Under the pieces are notes generated by a model that was given only the letters and a program-made list of their open reading frames with translations, ran no database searches and had not been told where the DNA came from. A stretch of DNA of 63,201 bases, the filler included, from Octopus bimaculoides (Eukaryota), in NCBI RefSeq assembly GCF_001194135.2. It is 5 parts of 5 records of this genome, joined end to end, with 100 filler letters (N's around TTAATTAATTAA, not from the genome) between each part and the next. Parts side by side here need not be neighbours in the genome. Positions count along the whole stretch, not along the records: positions 1 to 5,304 come from NC_068993.1; positions 5,405 to 20,917 come from NC_068997.1; 3 more parts are not named here. The stretch is one strand, 5' to 3'. The position numbers and the translations under genes are program-made. Each line of letters opens with the position of its first letter. Positions within the stretch are counted from its first letter, which is position 1. Positions 1 through 10,370 of this stretch are shown in pieces.

Positions 1-304
1 ATTGTGAGTGTTTATTGAGCGAAAACACTTAAAGCTCCACGAGGCTCCGGCAGGGGATGGTGGTGAACCCTGCTGTACTCTTCCACCACAACTTTCTCTC
101 ACTCTTACTTCCTGTTTCTGTTGTACCTGTATTTCAAAGGGTCAGCCTTGTCACACTGTCACGCTGAATCTCCGCCGAGAACTACGTTAAGGGTACATGT
201 GTCTGTGGAGTGCTCAGCCACTGCACGTTAATTTCACAAGCAGGCTGTTCTGTTGATCGGATCAACTGGAACCCTTGACGTCGTAAGCGACGGAGTGCCA
301 ACAA

Positions 305-503
305 CTTTATACTTTATTCTTTACATTACTTTATACTTCACTTTACTCTTTTTTTATACTTTATACTTTATTTTACTTTATACTTTACTTTACTTTATAC
401 TTTATACTTTACTTTATACTTTATACTTTATACATTATACTTTATACTTTACTTTACTTTATACTTTATACTTTATACTTTACTTTATACTTTACTTTAC
501 TTA
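305..503. repeat. (TTTATAC/TACTT)n minisatellite
   Basis: Directly visible. It generates the spurious LYFILY ORF 253-504. Confidence 0.9.
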
Positions 504-808
504 AGTTGGTGCTAACTGTCTGTACATATCACATCTTCCACTTCTCTCTTTCACTGCAATTCTTTTATTCATTCACGGCCTACAAATAAACCAACAGCAC
601 TTGTCTTTTTCTTCTTTCTGATGAAGACAAGGGTTCTTGAAGCAGTAGACTACCAACCCTCCATTATGGTCATTACCAAACTAACTTGATATGGTGCAGT
701 AAAGAATTTAACAATGAACAAAGAGCGAAAACACATTGAAAACCAATACTAATGCACTTGCATGAAAGTCATCACATAAAATTCTATGTTTTCTGTAATT
801 CTTTCCAG

Positions 809-933
809 AGACAACAGATGGAAATATCCAAAAGAGAAGCACACCAAGTAATTTGCAGCTGAAAATTTTAGACTTCACCCCACAGATTTATGATGAATCA
901 AGGAAGAATAAGAAACCAAACGATGATATAAAG
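809..933 (+). CDS. Probable coding exon of polycystin-1-like gene (exon A, upstream of GPS region)
   Basis: Acceptor ctttccag|, donor AAG|gtatgt. Open frame TTDGNIQKRSTPSNLQLKILDFTPQIYDESRKNKKPNDDIK ends in phase 0, matching the phase-0 start of exon 2099. No family motif in this exon, so it is assigned by splice signals and phase only. Confidence 0.55.
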
Positions 934-1398
934 GTATGTTGACAACCTAAAGTGAGAGAGTTCAAATACTGCCAATGCCTGATTATGCATTTTCATCCTT
1001 CAATGCTCATGAGAAGAAGCACACCTGCTGGTGCCACCTATAAGGCACTCATGCTGGTGCCAAGTAACAAAGTGCCCATGCTGATGACACATATAAAGCA
1101 TCTGTGCTAGTGTCATGGATAAAACACCCACACTTGCGCCACACAAAGCACTCATGCTTGTGTCACACATAAAGCACTAATGATGATGCCTCATGCACTC
1201 TGTGCAGTGGTTGGCATTAGGAAGGGTATCCATCCATATACATACATGGGTACAGGATGCCACCAACAGTAAACAACATGAAATGCAAAAACAAATGAGT
1301 TCAATACGCAAACAATGAGAGAAACAAATGGAAAACATGACAGGTAACATAAAGAACGACCCTTCATCAGTTGTTGGCTGTCTATTTACTCCACATTT

Positions 1399-2057
1399 CA
1401 AGCAGAGAATCTGTATCAAATTTTGCCAAAAGCTTGGTGATATCTATTCAGAGGCCTACGCAAGATTTCAGAAAATTTTCATCATTCTTGACGCAATCAA
1501 GGAGATCTTGTGCAACTGAAACCCGAGTGTCTTTTTGGTCAGCTGAAAGCAGTTCTAGCACAAACTTGGCAGACACGTGTCTCAAATCTTCAGTGATAAT
1601 GGACTGAACTGAACCGTAACTAATCTGAACATCCACTGATAATTCATGGATGGTGATTCAATGATTTGCCCTCACAGCTGCATGCACATCTGTGATGTTC
1701 TTCTCAGTTCTGCCGGTTATAGGTCTCCCAGAACTTCGTAACTATCAACATTTTTTTGGCCATCTTGGAAACGTCTGAACCACTCGTACACTTGTGTGCG
1801 GCTCATACACTCCACTCCGTACACTTTCTGCAACTTTGTGTAGGCCTCTGAGCAGGTGTCTCTGTTATGCGGCGATCACACGCTACACACCTTCCTTCCA
1901 AGCACTGTTGTAAACAACAGAAGTGAACTAGAATGTTAAAACTTAGCACGCATGCACAGCAGAGTTTAAGGTCAATCTATGCTGAGCAGCGTCACTCTGC
2001 AAGCTTTAGGTTCTTTAATATAACAACAGTTCGGATACTTACTGATCACACCTCACA
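1399..2057 (-). mobile_element. Rearranged mariner (DD34D-type) 5' fragment in PKD intron
   Basis: Minus strand: TIR-like end near 2057 (tgtgaggtgtgatcagtaaagtatccgaac), then DTCSEAYTKLQKVYGVECMSRTQVYEWFRRF and ISYGSVQSIITEDLRHVSAKFVLELLSADQK. Plus strand 1399-1474: KQRICIKFCQKLG (mariner N-terminus). Confidence 0.85.
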
Positions 2058-2098
2058 TGATTACATGTATGAATATAATTTCTTTACTTCTTTTCTAG

Positions 2099-2335
2099 AT
2101 TAGATCCATGGAGGACAATTATAATTTGGTGTTAGAAAGCAACCTTTTTGGCACTTTTACTTCAGTTATTGGTATCATTACACCCGGCACACTTAACTTT
2201 GATGAAATATTCTTCAACTTGGATGAAAAAGTCTCGGAAAATCCATTCGTCCTGGTTGTACTTTTGGTCATATTTATTATATACTGCGTGTTGGCTATTT
2301 TTATTCGCCATTTAGACAAGCACGACAGAAGGCAT
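2099..2335 (+). CDS. Polycystin-1-like exon B: degenerate GPS end, linker and TM1
   Basis: ttttctag|ATT ... CAT|gtaagt, 237 nt, phase 0/0. Peptide IRSMEDNYNLVLESNLFGTFTSVIGIITPGTLNFDEIFFNLDEKVSENPFVLVVLLVIFIIYCVLAIFIRHLDKHDRRH fits the PKD1-family pattern P-x-x-(I/L)-(D/N)-F...ENP-TM1-R-x-x-D-x-x-D. Confidence 0.9.
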
Positions 2336-2476
2336 GTAAGTGCAAACATATTCTTTTACATTCTTCTTTTAACATAAAGTAAGTAATGCAACAATTCCTA
2401 GGAGTTGTGAGGCCAGTTACTCGTTTTCCATGGCATATGATTGACTGAGTTATAACTTTCCTCCATTTGTTCCATT

Positions 2477-2508
<32 letters not shown>

Positions 2509-2509
2509 T

Positions 2510-2970
2510 CATCATCATCATCATCATCGTTTAACGTCCACTTTCCATGCTAGCATGGGTTGGACGATTTGACTGAGGACTGGTGAACCAGGTGGCTACA
2601 CCAGGCTCCAATCTGATTTGGCAGAATTTCTACCGCTGGATGCCCTTCCTAATGCCAACCACTCAGAGAGTGTAGTATATGATATTCAGGTAATGAATGC
2701 TGTTAATTGGAGCCAACTGAATATATTATATATATATATATGTATGTATGTATGAATATGTATATGTATATATTTATATCATCATCATCATCATCATCAT
2801 CGTTTAACGTCCGTTTTCCATGCTAGCATGGGTTGGACGATTTGACTGAGGACTGGTGCAACCGGATGGAAACACCAGGCTCCAGTCTAATTTGGCAGAG
2901 TTTCTACAGCTGGATGCCCTTCCTAACGCCAACCACTCAGAGAGTGTAGTGGGTGCTTTTACGTGTCACA
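2510..2970 (-). mobile_element. Two direct copies (about 2510-2675 and 2786-2970) of a SINE/LINE 3' end with (ATC)n tract
   Basis: Near-identical (atc)n-gtttaacgtcc..ttccatgctagcatgggttggacg...ggatgcccttcctaa.gccaaccactcagagagtgtagt in both. A related fragment lies near 1200-1260. Confidence 0.7.
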
Positions 2971-3144
2971 TAATTTCCTTCTTTCCCTCTTGCCATATAT
3001 GTAGAACTTATAAATTAGCTTCTCCAAAATATTTTCCATCGGTTCCCAAAGAGCCATGCACAAAAACTTGAAGCAATTGATAACTGTTTGACCGTTTGTC
3101 TTTGTTGTTTTTTTTTGTAATCTTCTGTTTCCATTTTCATGCAG

Positions 3145-3315
3145 TGGGAATACGTTCCTTTGGTAGACAACGCAGCCAAAGATGAGTATTTGTATCTACT
3201 GAGAGTATACACTGGAATACAATCACCACGCTTCTTTACGGCCACTCCATATTTTTTACTGAAAGGTAAAACAGGGAAGACCGATATACGAATTCTCAAA
3301 GATGGCGTCAGAAAA
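3145..3315 (+). CDS. Polycystin-1-like exon C: start of PLAT/LH2 domain
   Basis: ttttcatgcag|TGG ... AAA|gtaagt, 171 nt, phase 0/0. WEYVPLVDNAAKDEYLYLLRVYTG...LKGKTGKTDIRILKDGVRK matches the polycystin L-x-DN...Y-x-Y...V-x-TG...L-x-G...R-x-L-x-D pattern. Confidence 0.92.
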
Positions 3316-3797
3316 GTAAGTATGCAATCAACAAACAGCGCCATCTTTAGATTTGTTTTACATTCAGTTCTCTGCATTATGCGTTCAAATTCCACCTAGG
3401 ACAACTTTGCCTTTCGTTCTTTTGGGGTTTGTACAACAAAGCACCTGTCAGGTACCGGAATCAAAGTAACTGACTTTTCCCTTCCCCTCAAAACGGCTGA
3501 ACTTGTGCCAAAATTAGGAAGAATTGTATTATTGCTTTTACTTAACTCCAAATACTCAAAGGTGTACAAGCTGTAACCAACAGCTTTTGCATCAGAAATG
3601 GTATATTTCCTGTCTTTCTCTCGCATTTCTATCATTTCTATCCTTATGTTCTGAGTTCAAATTCCGCAGAGGTCAATTTTGCTTTTCATCCTTTCGGGGT
3701 CGATAAAATAAGTACCACTGAAATACTGGGGTTGATGTGATTGATTCTCCTCCTCCCCGCAAAATTCCAGGCCTTGTGCCTCTAGTAGAAAGGATTA

Positions 3798-3856
<59 letters not shown>

Positions 3857-3884
3857 GCTGCTGTTGTTGTTGTTGTTGTTGTAT

Positions 3885-4305
3885 AGAGAGCATCACACGC
3901 TATCTAAGTGACGCTAAGGTACAAATATACAAATCCCGATGTACCCACTATGATAACTCATCTTATAAGGTTCCACGAGGCATATGCATTACAACTATAT
4001 GTACATGACATGCTGACTGCTTATTGAGATAAACAGTGCATGACCTTGCAGGTGGGACCCAATTAGAGTTTTCTTCAGGTTGAGTAAGTAGCTCATCCCA
4101 CTCAAAAGGTCCCTGAATAAGGTTTGTTTAAGAATGGTGAACAAAACCCATGTTTCCTGAGGTGATGTATTCAAGCCCCGAAGAATCCCTCTCAACACAT
4201 GGCTTTGATGCTCCCAAACTACTCCTGCTCGTGATCAGAGATGCACATCTTGTCAGCCACAAGGAGAAAGACTCAACTGGTTACGGTCAAGCTACTGGCC
4301 AGTTA
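3885..4305 (-). mobile_element. TAA-associated non-autonomous retroelement, family D (diverged copy)
   Basis: Reverse-complement match to 16087-16635 (aaaaggtccctgaataaggtttgtttaag, catgacc.tgcaggtggg.cccaattagag). Lies next to the (TTA)n tract at 3818-3856. Confidence 0.7.
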
Positions 4306-4462
4306 ATCTATAATACTGAGCAGAATATTTGCTGTATCCCATCTTTTACTCCAAGACAAAACATGTACACGATGACACTTTGGATCAGTGGTTGTTGTTG
4401 GTGTTGTTGTTGTTATTAATATTTTCTTTCTTTTGTTTTTCTTCTGGTGATGATCATTACAG

Positions 4463-4617
4463 AATTTCAGAAGCGGAACAATGTCAAATTTTATTCTGCA
4501 AACCAATGTCCATCTTGGGCCACTGCAGTCGCTAAAAATTTGGCATGACAGTGAAGGCAAAAGTCCAAATTGGTTCTTGACCAATATTGAAATCAAAGAT
4601 GTGACTACAAATAATTG
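4463..4617 (+). CDS. Polycystin-1-like exon D: PLAT domain core
   Basis: cattacag|AAT ... TG|gtaaga, 155 nt, phase 0/2. NFRSGTMSNFILQTNVHLGPLQSLKIWHDSEGKSPNWFLTNIEIKDVTTNNW contains the PLAT signature LG-x-L-x-x-(L/I)-x-IWHD-x-x-G-x-x-P-x-WFL. This exon is absent from the supplied ORF track. Confidence 0.93.
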
Positions 4618-4648
4618 GTAAGACATTTTTAGATCAATATACTTAGTA

Positions 4649-4693
<45 letters not shown>

Positions 4694-5029
4694 ATAGATA
4701 GCAGGATGTATAAGGGGGTGCGTGTGTGGGTGTGTGTGCATGTGTGCATCTGTATGATAGCTGTCCAGTCATGACCGAGAAAGACCATCACCGATCATTA
4801 AGAACATCATACATTCAGACAAAAATTATGGTTTACACTTGTGAGGAATCAGAGGGTATCTGGGGAGTAAGGGTTCAATTCCCATAGCCACCTGCTGGCA
4901 ACTTTCTTCTATCTTATAAGGATAAACACCCAATATTTCTCTGCTGTCCTCACAGATTTACTGCAGTCAGAATTTACTTTCTTGTCTGTAATATATGCGT
5001 GTGTGTGTCAATAAAAATGCAGGCATATA

Positions 5030-5063
<34 letters not shown>

Positions 5064-5077
5064 CACACACATAAATA

Positions 5078-5304
5078 GGCCCAGGAAGACCTGGGCTGAG
5101 GTGGTGAGGCAAGACCTTCGTACATTGGGCCTCACCGAGGCGATGACTACTGACCGAGACCTTTGGAAATGTGCTGTGCGTGAGAAGACCCGGAAAGCCA
5201 AGTAAGATCGTTGCCAGTGCCCCTGGACTGGCTTGTGCGGGTGGCACATAAAAGACACCATTTTGAGCGTGGCCGTTTTCGTGCGGGTGACACGTAAAAG
5301 CACC
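5078..5304 (+). mobile_element. RTE-clade LINE 3' end
   Basis: RPRKTWAEVVRQDLRTLGLTEAMTTDRDLWKCAV* is typical of the RTE ORF2 C-terminus, followed by 3' UTR-like sequence. Confidence 0.75.
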
Positions 5305-5404
5305 NNNNNNNNNNNNNNNNNNNNNNNNNNNNNNNNNNNNNNNNNNNNTTAATTAATTAANNNNNNNNNNNNNNNNNNNNNNNNNNNNNNNNNNNNNNNN
5401 NNNN
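5305..5404. other. Artificial scaffold/contig linker (44N-TTAATTAATTAA-44N)
   Basis: The identical 100-nt structure recurs at 20918-21017, 40778-40877 and 62032-62131. The 12-mer is palindromic and has TAA in all six frames. Confidence 0.95.
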
Positions 5405-5430
5405 ATATATATATATATATATATATATAA

Positions 5431-5672
5431 AAACAATAATACAGATGGGTTGAGGTTCACTACAGCTGTTTCAAACGTGTTCTTCATTGACGAACAAAAA
5501 TGTTACATCGTGCAAAAAAGCTGTTTTCTTCTATTTATGTGAAGAATCCTAAGATTAATTCACCTAAAAACAAACCGTTCTCTTTTGTACGACGTAAGAT
5601 TTTTGTTCATCAATGAAGAACACGTCTGAAACAGCTGTAGTGAACTTCAACTCATTTGTGTTGTCGTTGTTT
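5431..5672. mobile_element. Palindromic (fold-back) MITE-like element
   Basis: About 85-bp inverted arms (gttcactacagctgtttc...ttcattgacgaacaaaaat versus atttttgttcatcaatgaa...gaaacagctgtagtgaac) around a loop of about 65 bp. Confidence 0.8.
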
Positions 5673-6401
5673 ATACTTCATCTGACTCGGAACCTTCCCT
5701 TCATTGGATCTGGAGCTTATAGTCGACTGTCGAAAACGTGCCGTAAGTGTACTTTTGCGTAACTTTGCATACACGTTGTGTATTCGGTCAGTACTTGTGA
5801 ATCTGTATATTACTGGAGTGACAAATCAGTATTTTCCTAATTAAGTACATATGTATTTGTACACATTGTTAGTGCACAGGTGCGCTATCTCCGACTCTAC
5901 CTTGGTATCTTTGCTTATTAAATACCTTGATTCCATAGGATCCTGAAAATTTACTTCTATAATAATAAATACCAAAACGAATTTCTGTGTGTCAGTGTGT
6001 CACATTTTGACCCTCTCTCTCACTATTCAATGATACTTCTGCTATTCCTCCTGCTGAGGTGAGAGAAAAAGTAGGCATAGAGACAGTGAGGGCGATTGTA
6101 GATTGACGGTTGTAATGGTAATGAGGTGATAGTAATAGTATGAACTGTAGTTGTGATAGAGGTGGAGGCGACGGTGATGATGATGGTGGTGGTGGTGGTG
6201 GTGGATTTTGTTTTGCCGAGGCGGTCAGGGATGATGGTGATAGTAAGCGATGTGAAAGACAGTGGTGATAGTGGTGGAGGGGGAAGGCGGTTGAAGCGAA
6301 AGGTATTGATGGTAGTGGCGTAAGAAGTCTGATTGGTGTGTGTATGGCGTATGTGGTGGTGATGGTGGTGGTACTGGTGATGGTGATGGTTGAAAACAAT
6401 C

Positions 6402-6453
<52 letters not shown>

Positions 6454-6787
6454 TGTTAGACAGAAAAAAAATTTTACTGACCCCCGAATGGGAAGGCAAA
6501 AATTGTTGTCTATCATGCAGTTTTGATGAAAATTGTTCATTGCTTGAAAAATATTGGTCAAGTTTAATAAAATTTAATATGTACTCAATGCATGAAGTGT
6601 CATTGTTGGGTCCAAGGCCCAATGAAGAACCCTCCACAGGAGCTAGCTTAAAAGTCGCCTGATAGGGCGGCTTTTAAGGTAGTATATACATACATACATA
6701 ACTATACATACATGCACTGTATCTATATGTACATGTGGATGAAGGTATATACATACATGTACATATATATGCATATACTCATATATT

Positions 6788-6829
<42 letters not shown>

Positions 6830-7446
6830 NNNNNNNNNNNNNNNNNNNNNNNNNNNNNNNNNNNNNNNNNNNNNNNNNNNNNNNNNNNNNNNNNNNNNNN
6901 NNNNNNNNNNNNNNNNNNNNNNNNNNNNNNNNNNNNNNNNNNNNNNNNNNNNNNNNNNNNNNNNNNNNNNNNNNNNNNNNNNNNNNNNNNNNNNNNNNNN
7001 NNNNNNNNNNNNNNNNNNNNNNNNNNNNNNNNNNNNNNNNNNNNNNNNNNNNNNNNNNNNNNNNNNNNNNNNNNNNNNNNNNNNNNNNNNNNNNNNNNNN
7101 NNNNNNNNNNNNNNNNNNNNNNNNNNNNNNNNNNNNNNNNNNNNNNNNNNNNNNNNNNNNNNNNNNNNNNNNNNNNNNNNNNNNNNNNNNNNNNNNNNNN
7201 NNNNNNNNNNNNNNNNNNNNNNNNNNNNNNNNNNNNNNNNNNNNNNNNNNNNNNNNNNNNNNNNNNNNNNNNNNNNNNNNNNNNNNNNNNNNNNNNNNNN
7301 NNNNNNNNNNNNNNNNNNNNNNNNNNNNNNNNNNNNNNNNNNNNNNNNNNNNNNNNNNNNNNNNNNNNNNNNNNNNNNNNNNNNNNNNNNNNNNNNNNNN
7401 NNNNNNNNNNNNNNNNNNNNNNNNNNNNNNNNNNNNNNNNNNNNNN

Positions 7447-7502
<56 letters not shown>

Positions 7503-8941
7503 AGTAATTTCCTCTCTTCCTTTCTTACACTCCCTCCTCTCTCTCCCGAACATGCTTTACTACCCTTTCTTTCTTGTCTACTCTGCCTATTCCTCTATGT
7601 CTTACACCAGAGGAGTTAAACCGCTCTCCGGGTCATGGCTTCTGTCTTGTCTCTTCTTTCTGGTGATCATCGCCAGGTCAAATTTAATTAACATCATGTC
7701 CGCATTCTCATTAATTCATTAAATTAGTACTTTTCATTCTTTTCACTCGAGGGTAACCTGAATAGCGTGAACAGAGGGAGGTACGGGTGTTATTAGGTGA
7801 GACAACATAGTCACTCGACCCGTTAGAAATAACAGCCAGTTCGCCCTCAAATACACTTCCTACTGTGTCTTAGAACAGACGCATTTGATGATGTATTTCT
7901 AGACGTACTGTATCAGAAATACAGAAGGACTGGTCAAGCTGGAACACTTTTGATCGTAGGTCTGCTAGCTTAGGAGTGGTCTGTGACTAAATAATCAGAC
8001 ATGTTTTATGTACAAAGTAACGTATACATTTATATAACACATGTATATCATACTCAAGTTAAACGAATGTATTGATCAAGCACTAAACGTGCTTGGCCCA
8101 ATAAAACTTTGGGTCTAACTCAAATGAGCCTTGACTATAATTCCGTAACCTCGCCGCACATTAGAAATAGTTAGAAAGACTGATTTTTTTCAATTCTTTA
8201 ATTTCCATTAACAATCTTAACTATCTTAAACTTCGTTAAAAGTGCATGTATTCTATGTTAAAATATTCATTGTATTATAACCTTTATTTTCATGCTTTAT
8301 AACACTTCTTATAATGCCAATTTTCCTTAAAAAATGATGAACATTGTTGCCAGTTTGTTTCTTTTACTCAAACTGATGAGTGAAGTACCCTTTCCAGGTC
8401 TTTGAGCAAGCACCATTTCACGAAGCACCAATTTCTATTTCACGAAGCACCAATTCACTCAGATGGCAAAAATGAGTAATTCAAAGGACCAGCCTTGTCA
8501 CATTCTGTGCGGCGCTGAATGTCCCTAAGAACTACGCTAAAGGTACGCATGTCTGTGGAGTGCTCAACCACTTGCATGTTAATTTCATGAGCAGGCTGTT
8601 CCGTTGATCGGATAAAATGGAGCCCTCGTCGTTGTAACCGACAGAGTGCCAGTTTGTGTATGACAGACTTCTGCACGCTTTCTGTCTCCCAAATTTCATT
8701 AGAAAGTTATTGGGCAACTCAAGGCCAAAGTCGAACTGAGGACTATGTAGTTGCAAATCGAACTTCTTAATCACACTACCATACTTTGCAGCTGTGAATT
8801 CTAGGTTTCATTATGTGTTAGTTACTACAAGGCAACTGCGTGGATTTGGGTTCAATCCCATTGTTTGGTACACTGGGCAAGTATCTTTTGCTATACCTTT
8901 CGTGGGTGGAATTTGACTGGCGGAAATTATGCGAACGGCTA

Positions 8942-9010
8942 TAGAGTAGTAAACTGCTCTAGAGTGGTAAACTGCTCTAGAGTAGTAAACTACTCTAGAG
9001 TAGTAAACTA
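8942..9010. repeat. 18-bp tandem repeat, about 4 copies (tagagtagtaaactgctc)
   Basis: Directly visible, with no unique spacers. Confidence 0.85.
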
Positions 9011-9149
9011 AATCTGTTAACCTGACCTTTGCGTACATTTGGTGGAATGGAACATGTCAAAGATACCCAATGGCCAGGCGCAGATCTTCGGTCTTCGGAT
9101 AATACCATTGGGCAAGTATCTTCTGCTACTTCCCACTAATTTCGGACTC

Positions 9150-10370
9150 CCTCAAAATAGTCATGTGCATTGTCCTTTTTTCTCTAAGTCATGTAAAAAT
9201 TTAAAATAATTAAATTTAGAAAGGTCATGAGTGCATTTTCGATTCCTGATGATTACGGTTTATTTTATTCGTTGGTTTATATGATAGATATATGATCAAT
9301 AAAGTTTCTGTGGCTTGGAAACCAGGAAACTGCAAATAGTTCTTTAAGCAATGTAGTAGAAATATTTCCAGTTTCAGCGGGGAAATGTTTATGAGAAATA
9401 AATGTGATTATAGTAGTGAAAAAGACCTCTAGCATTAGTGCACCGGTGGAAAGGTGAACTTACTTTTTTTGTTAATATATCATTCAGAACATCACTTTCT
9501 GGATTTGAAACCCCGCTTGGATAGAATTTGCTTTTCATCTCAAAGATTCAATAAAACAAGTACCAATAATGTAATGAATCTATCGATTATGTTTTCTTAT
9601 TACACCAAAGGACCTTGTCTCTACGTTTTAAAAAATCAATAATCGGTAGTATATTGTCTTTGTTTTCTTCTTTTACCGAAGAATTGATATTACTCTCGGA
9701 TAATGTCACCAAACAATTCTCTGCAGTGTAGTTGATGCTATTTGCAGTAGTACGACAATGGTGTTGTACAACTGGACTTTTTAGGTGTTGGCAAACCCGG
9801 AATTATAAGATAAATAATTACCACTCCTTTAAAATACATCGTCAGATATCCTGGTAAGTGAAAGATAAAAAAAGCATGAGTTACCGAGAAATAAATTTTA
9901 ATGGTTCTTTCGCCTTTTTCTTTCTTTTTCTTCCACCAACGCAGGAATACTCTGTCAATGGAAGCAAGATAACAGAATTATGGAAACGATAGTGTGAAAA
10001 CAGATGTATGAGAATATCGTTATCAGTTTTATGAAGTCAGTGTAAATACGAACCAAAAGGATTGTGTATTGAATAGGAACAGATGTTATCGAACAACGCT
10101 TGTCGGAAGCCTACAAGTTATGAAAATATTTGAAAGATAAAAAAATGGTCGGAATATCAGAAAAAATATCTGCTAAATGTCATTAGAGAGAGACGGGGAA
10201 GTAGAAGGAGTTTCATAACACTGAGTATTAGACTTATATTCCTATGGTTATTTTCTGACTTATATGTTAAAGCCAGCAAAATAAAGAAAATATAATAAGA
10301 GAAATGATATTACTGTGCATATAGCAGTGGATTTCGTACACATATAATTGATTATCATATATGGTACATC
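9150..10370 (-). pseudogene. Decayed intronless rhodopsin-class GPCR (peptide/FMRFamide-receptor-like or chemoreceptor-like)
   Basis: Manual minus-strand translation across frameshifts gives ordered TM-like segments: HLADIFSDIPTIF (TM2), HTIVSII/YLASIDRVF (TM3, DRV at 9948-9956), KIYFSVTHAFFIFHLPGY (TM4), NIIDRFITLLVLVLLNL (TM5), MLEVFFTTIITFI..FPA (TM6) and ENALMTFLNLIILNFYM (TM7). Several stops and frameshifts. Confidence 0.55.

Noticed and set aside
617-650. ctgatgaagacaagggttcttgaagc as a hammerhead ribozyme
   Set aside because: GAAA reads GAAG, stem II is weak and stems I/III are not evident.
8942-9010. Short direct repeats that might suggest CRISPR
   Set aside because: Contiguous 18-bp units with no unique spacers, no cas genes and a eukaryotic context.
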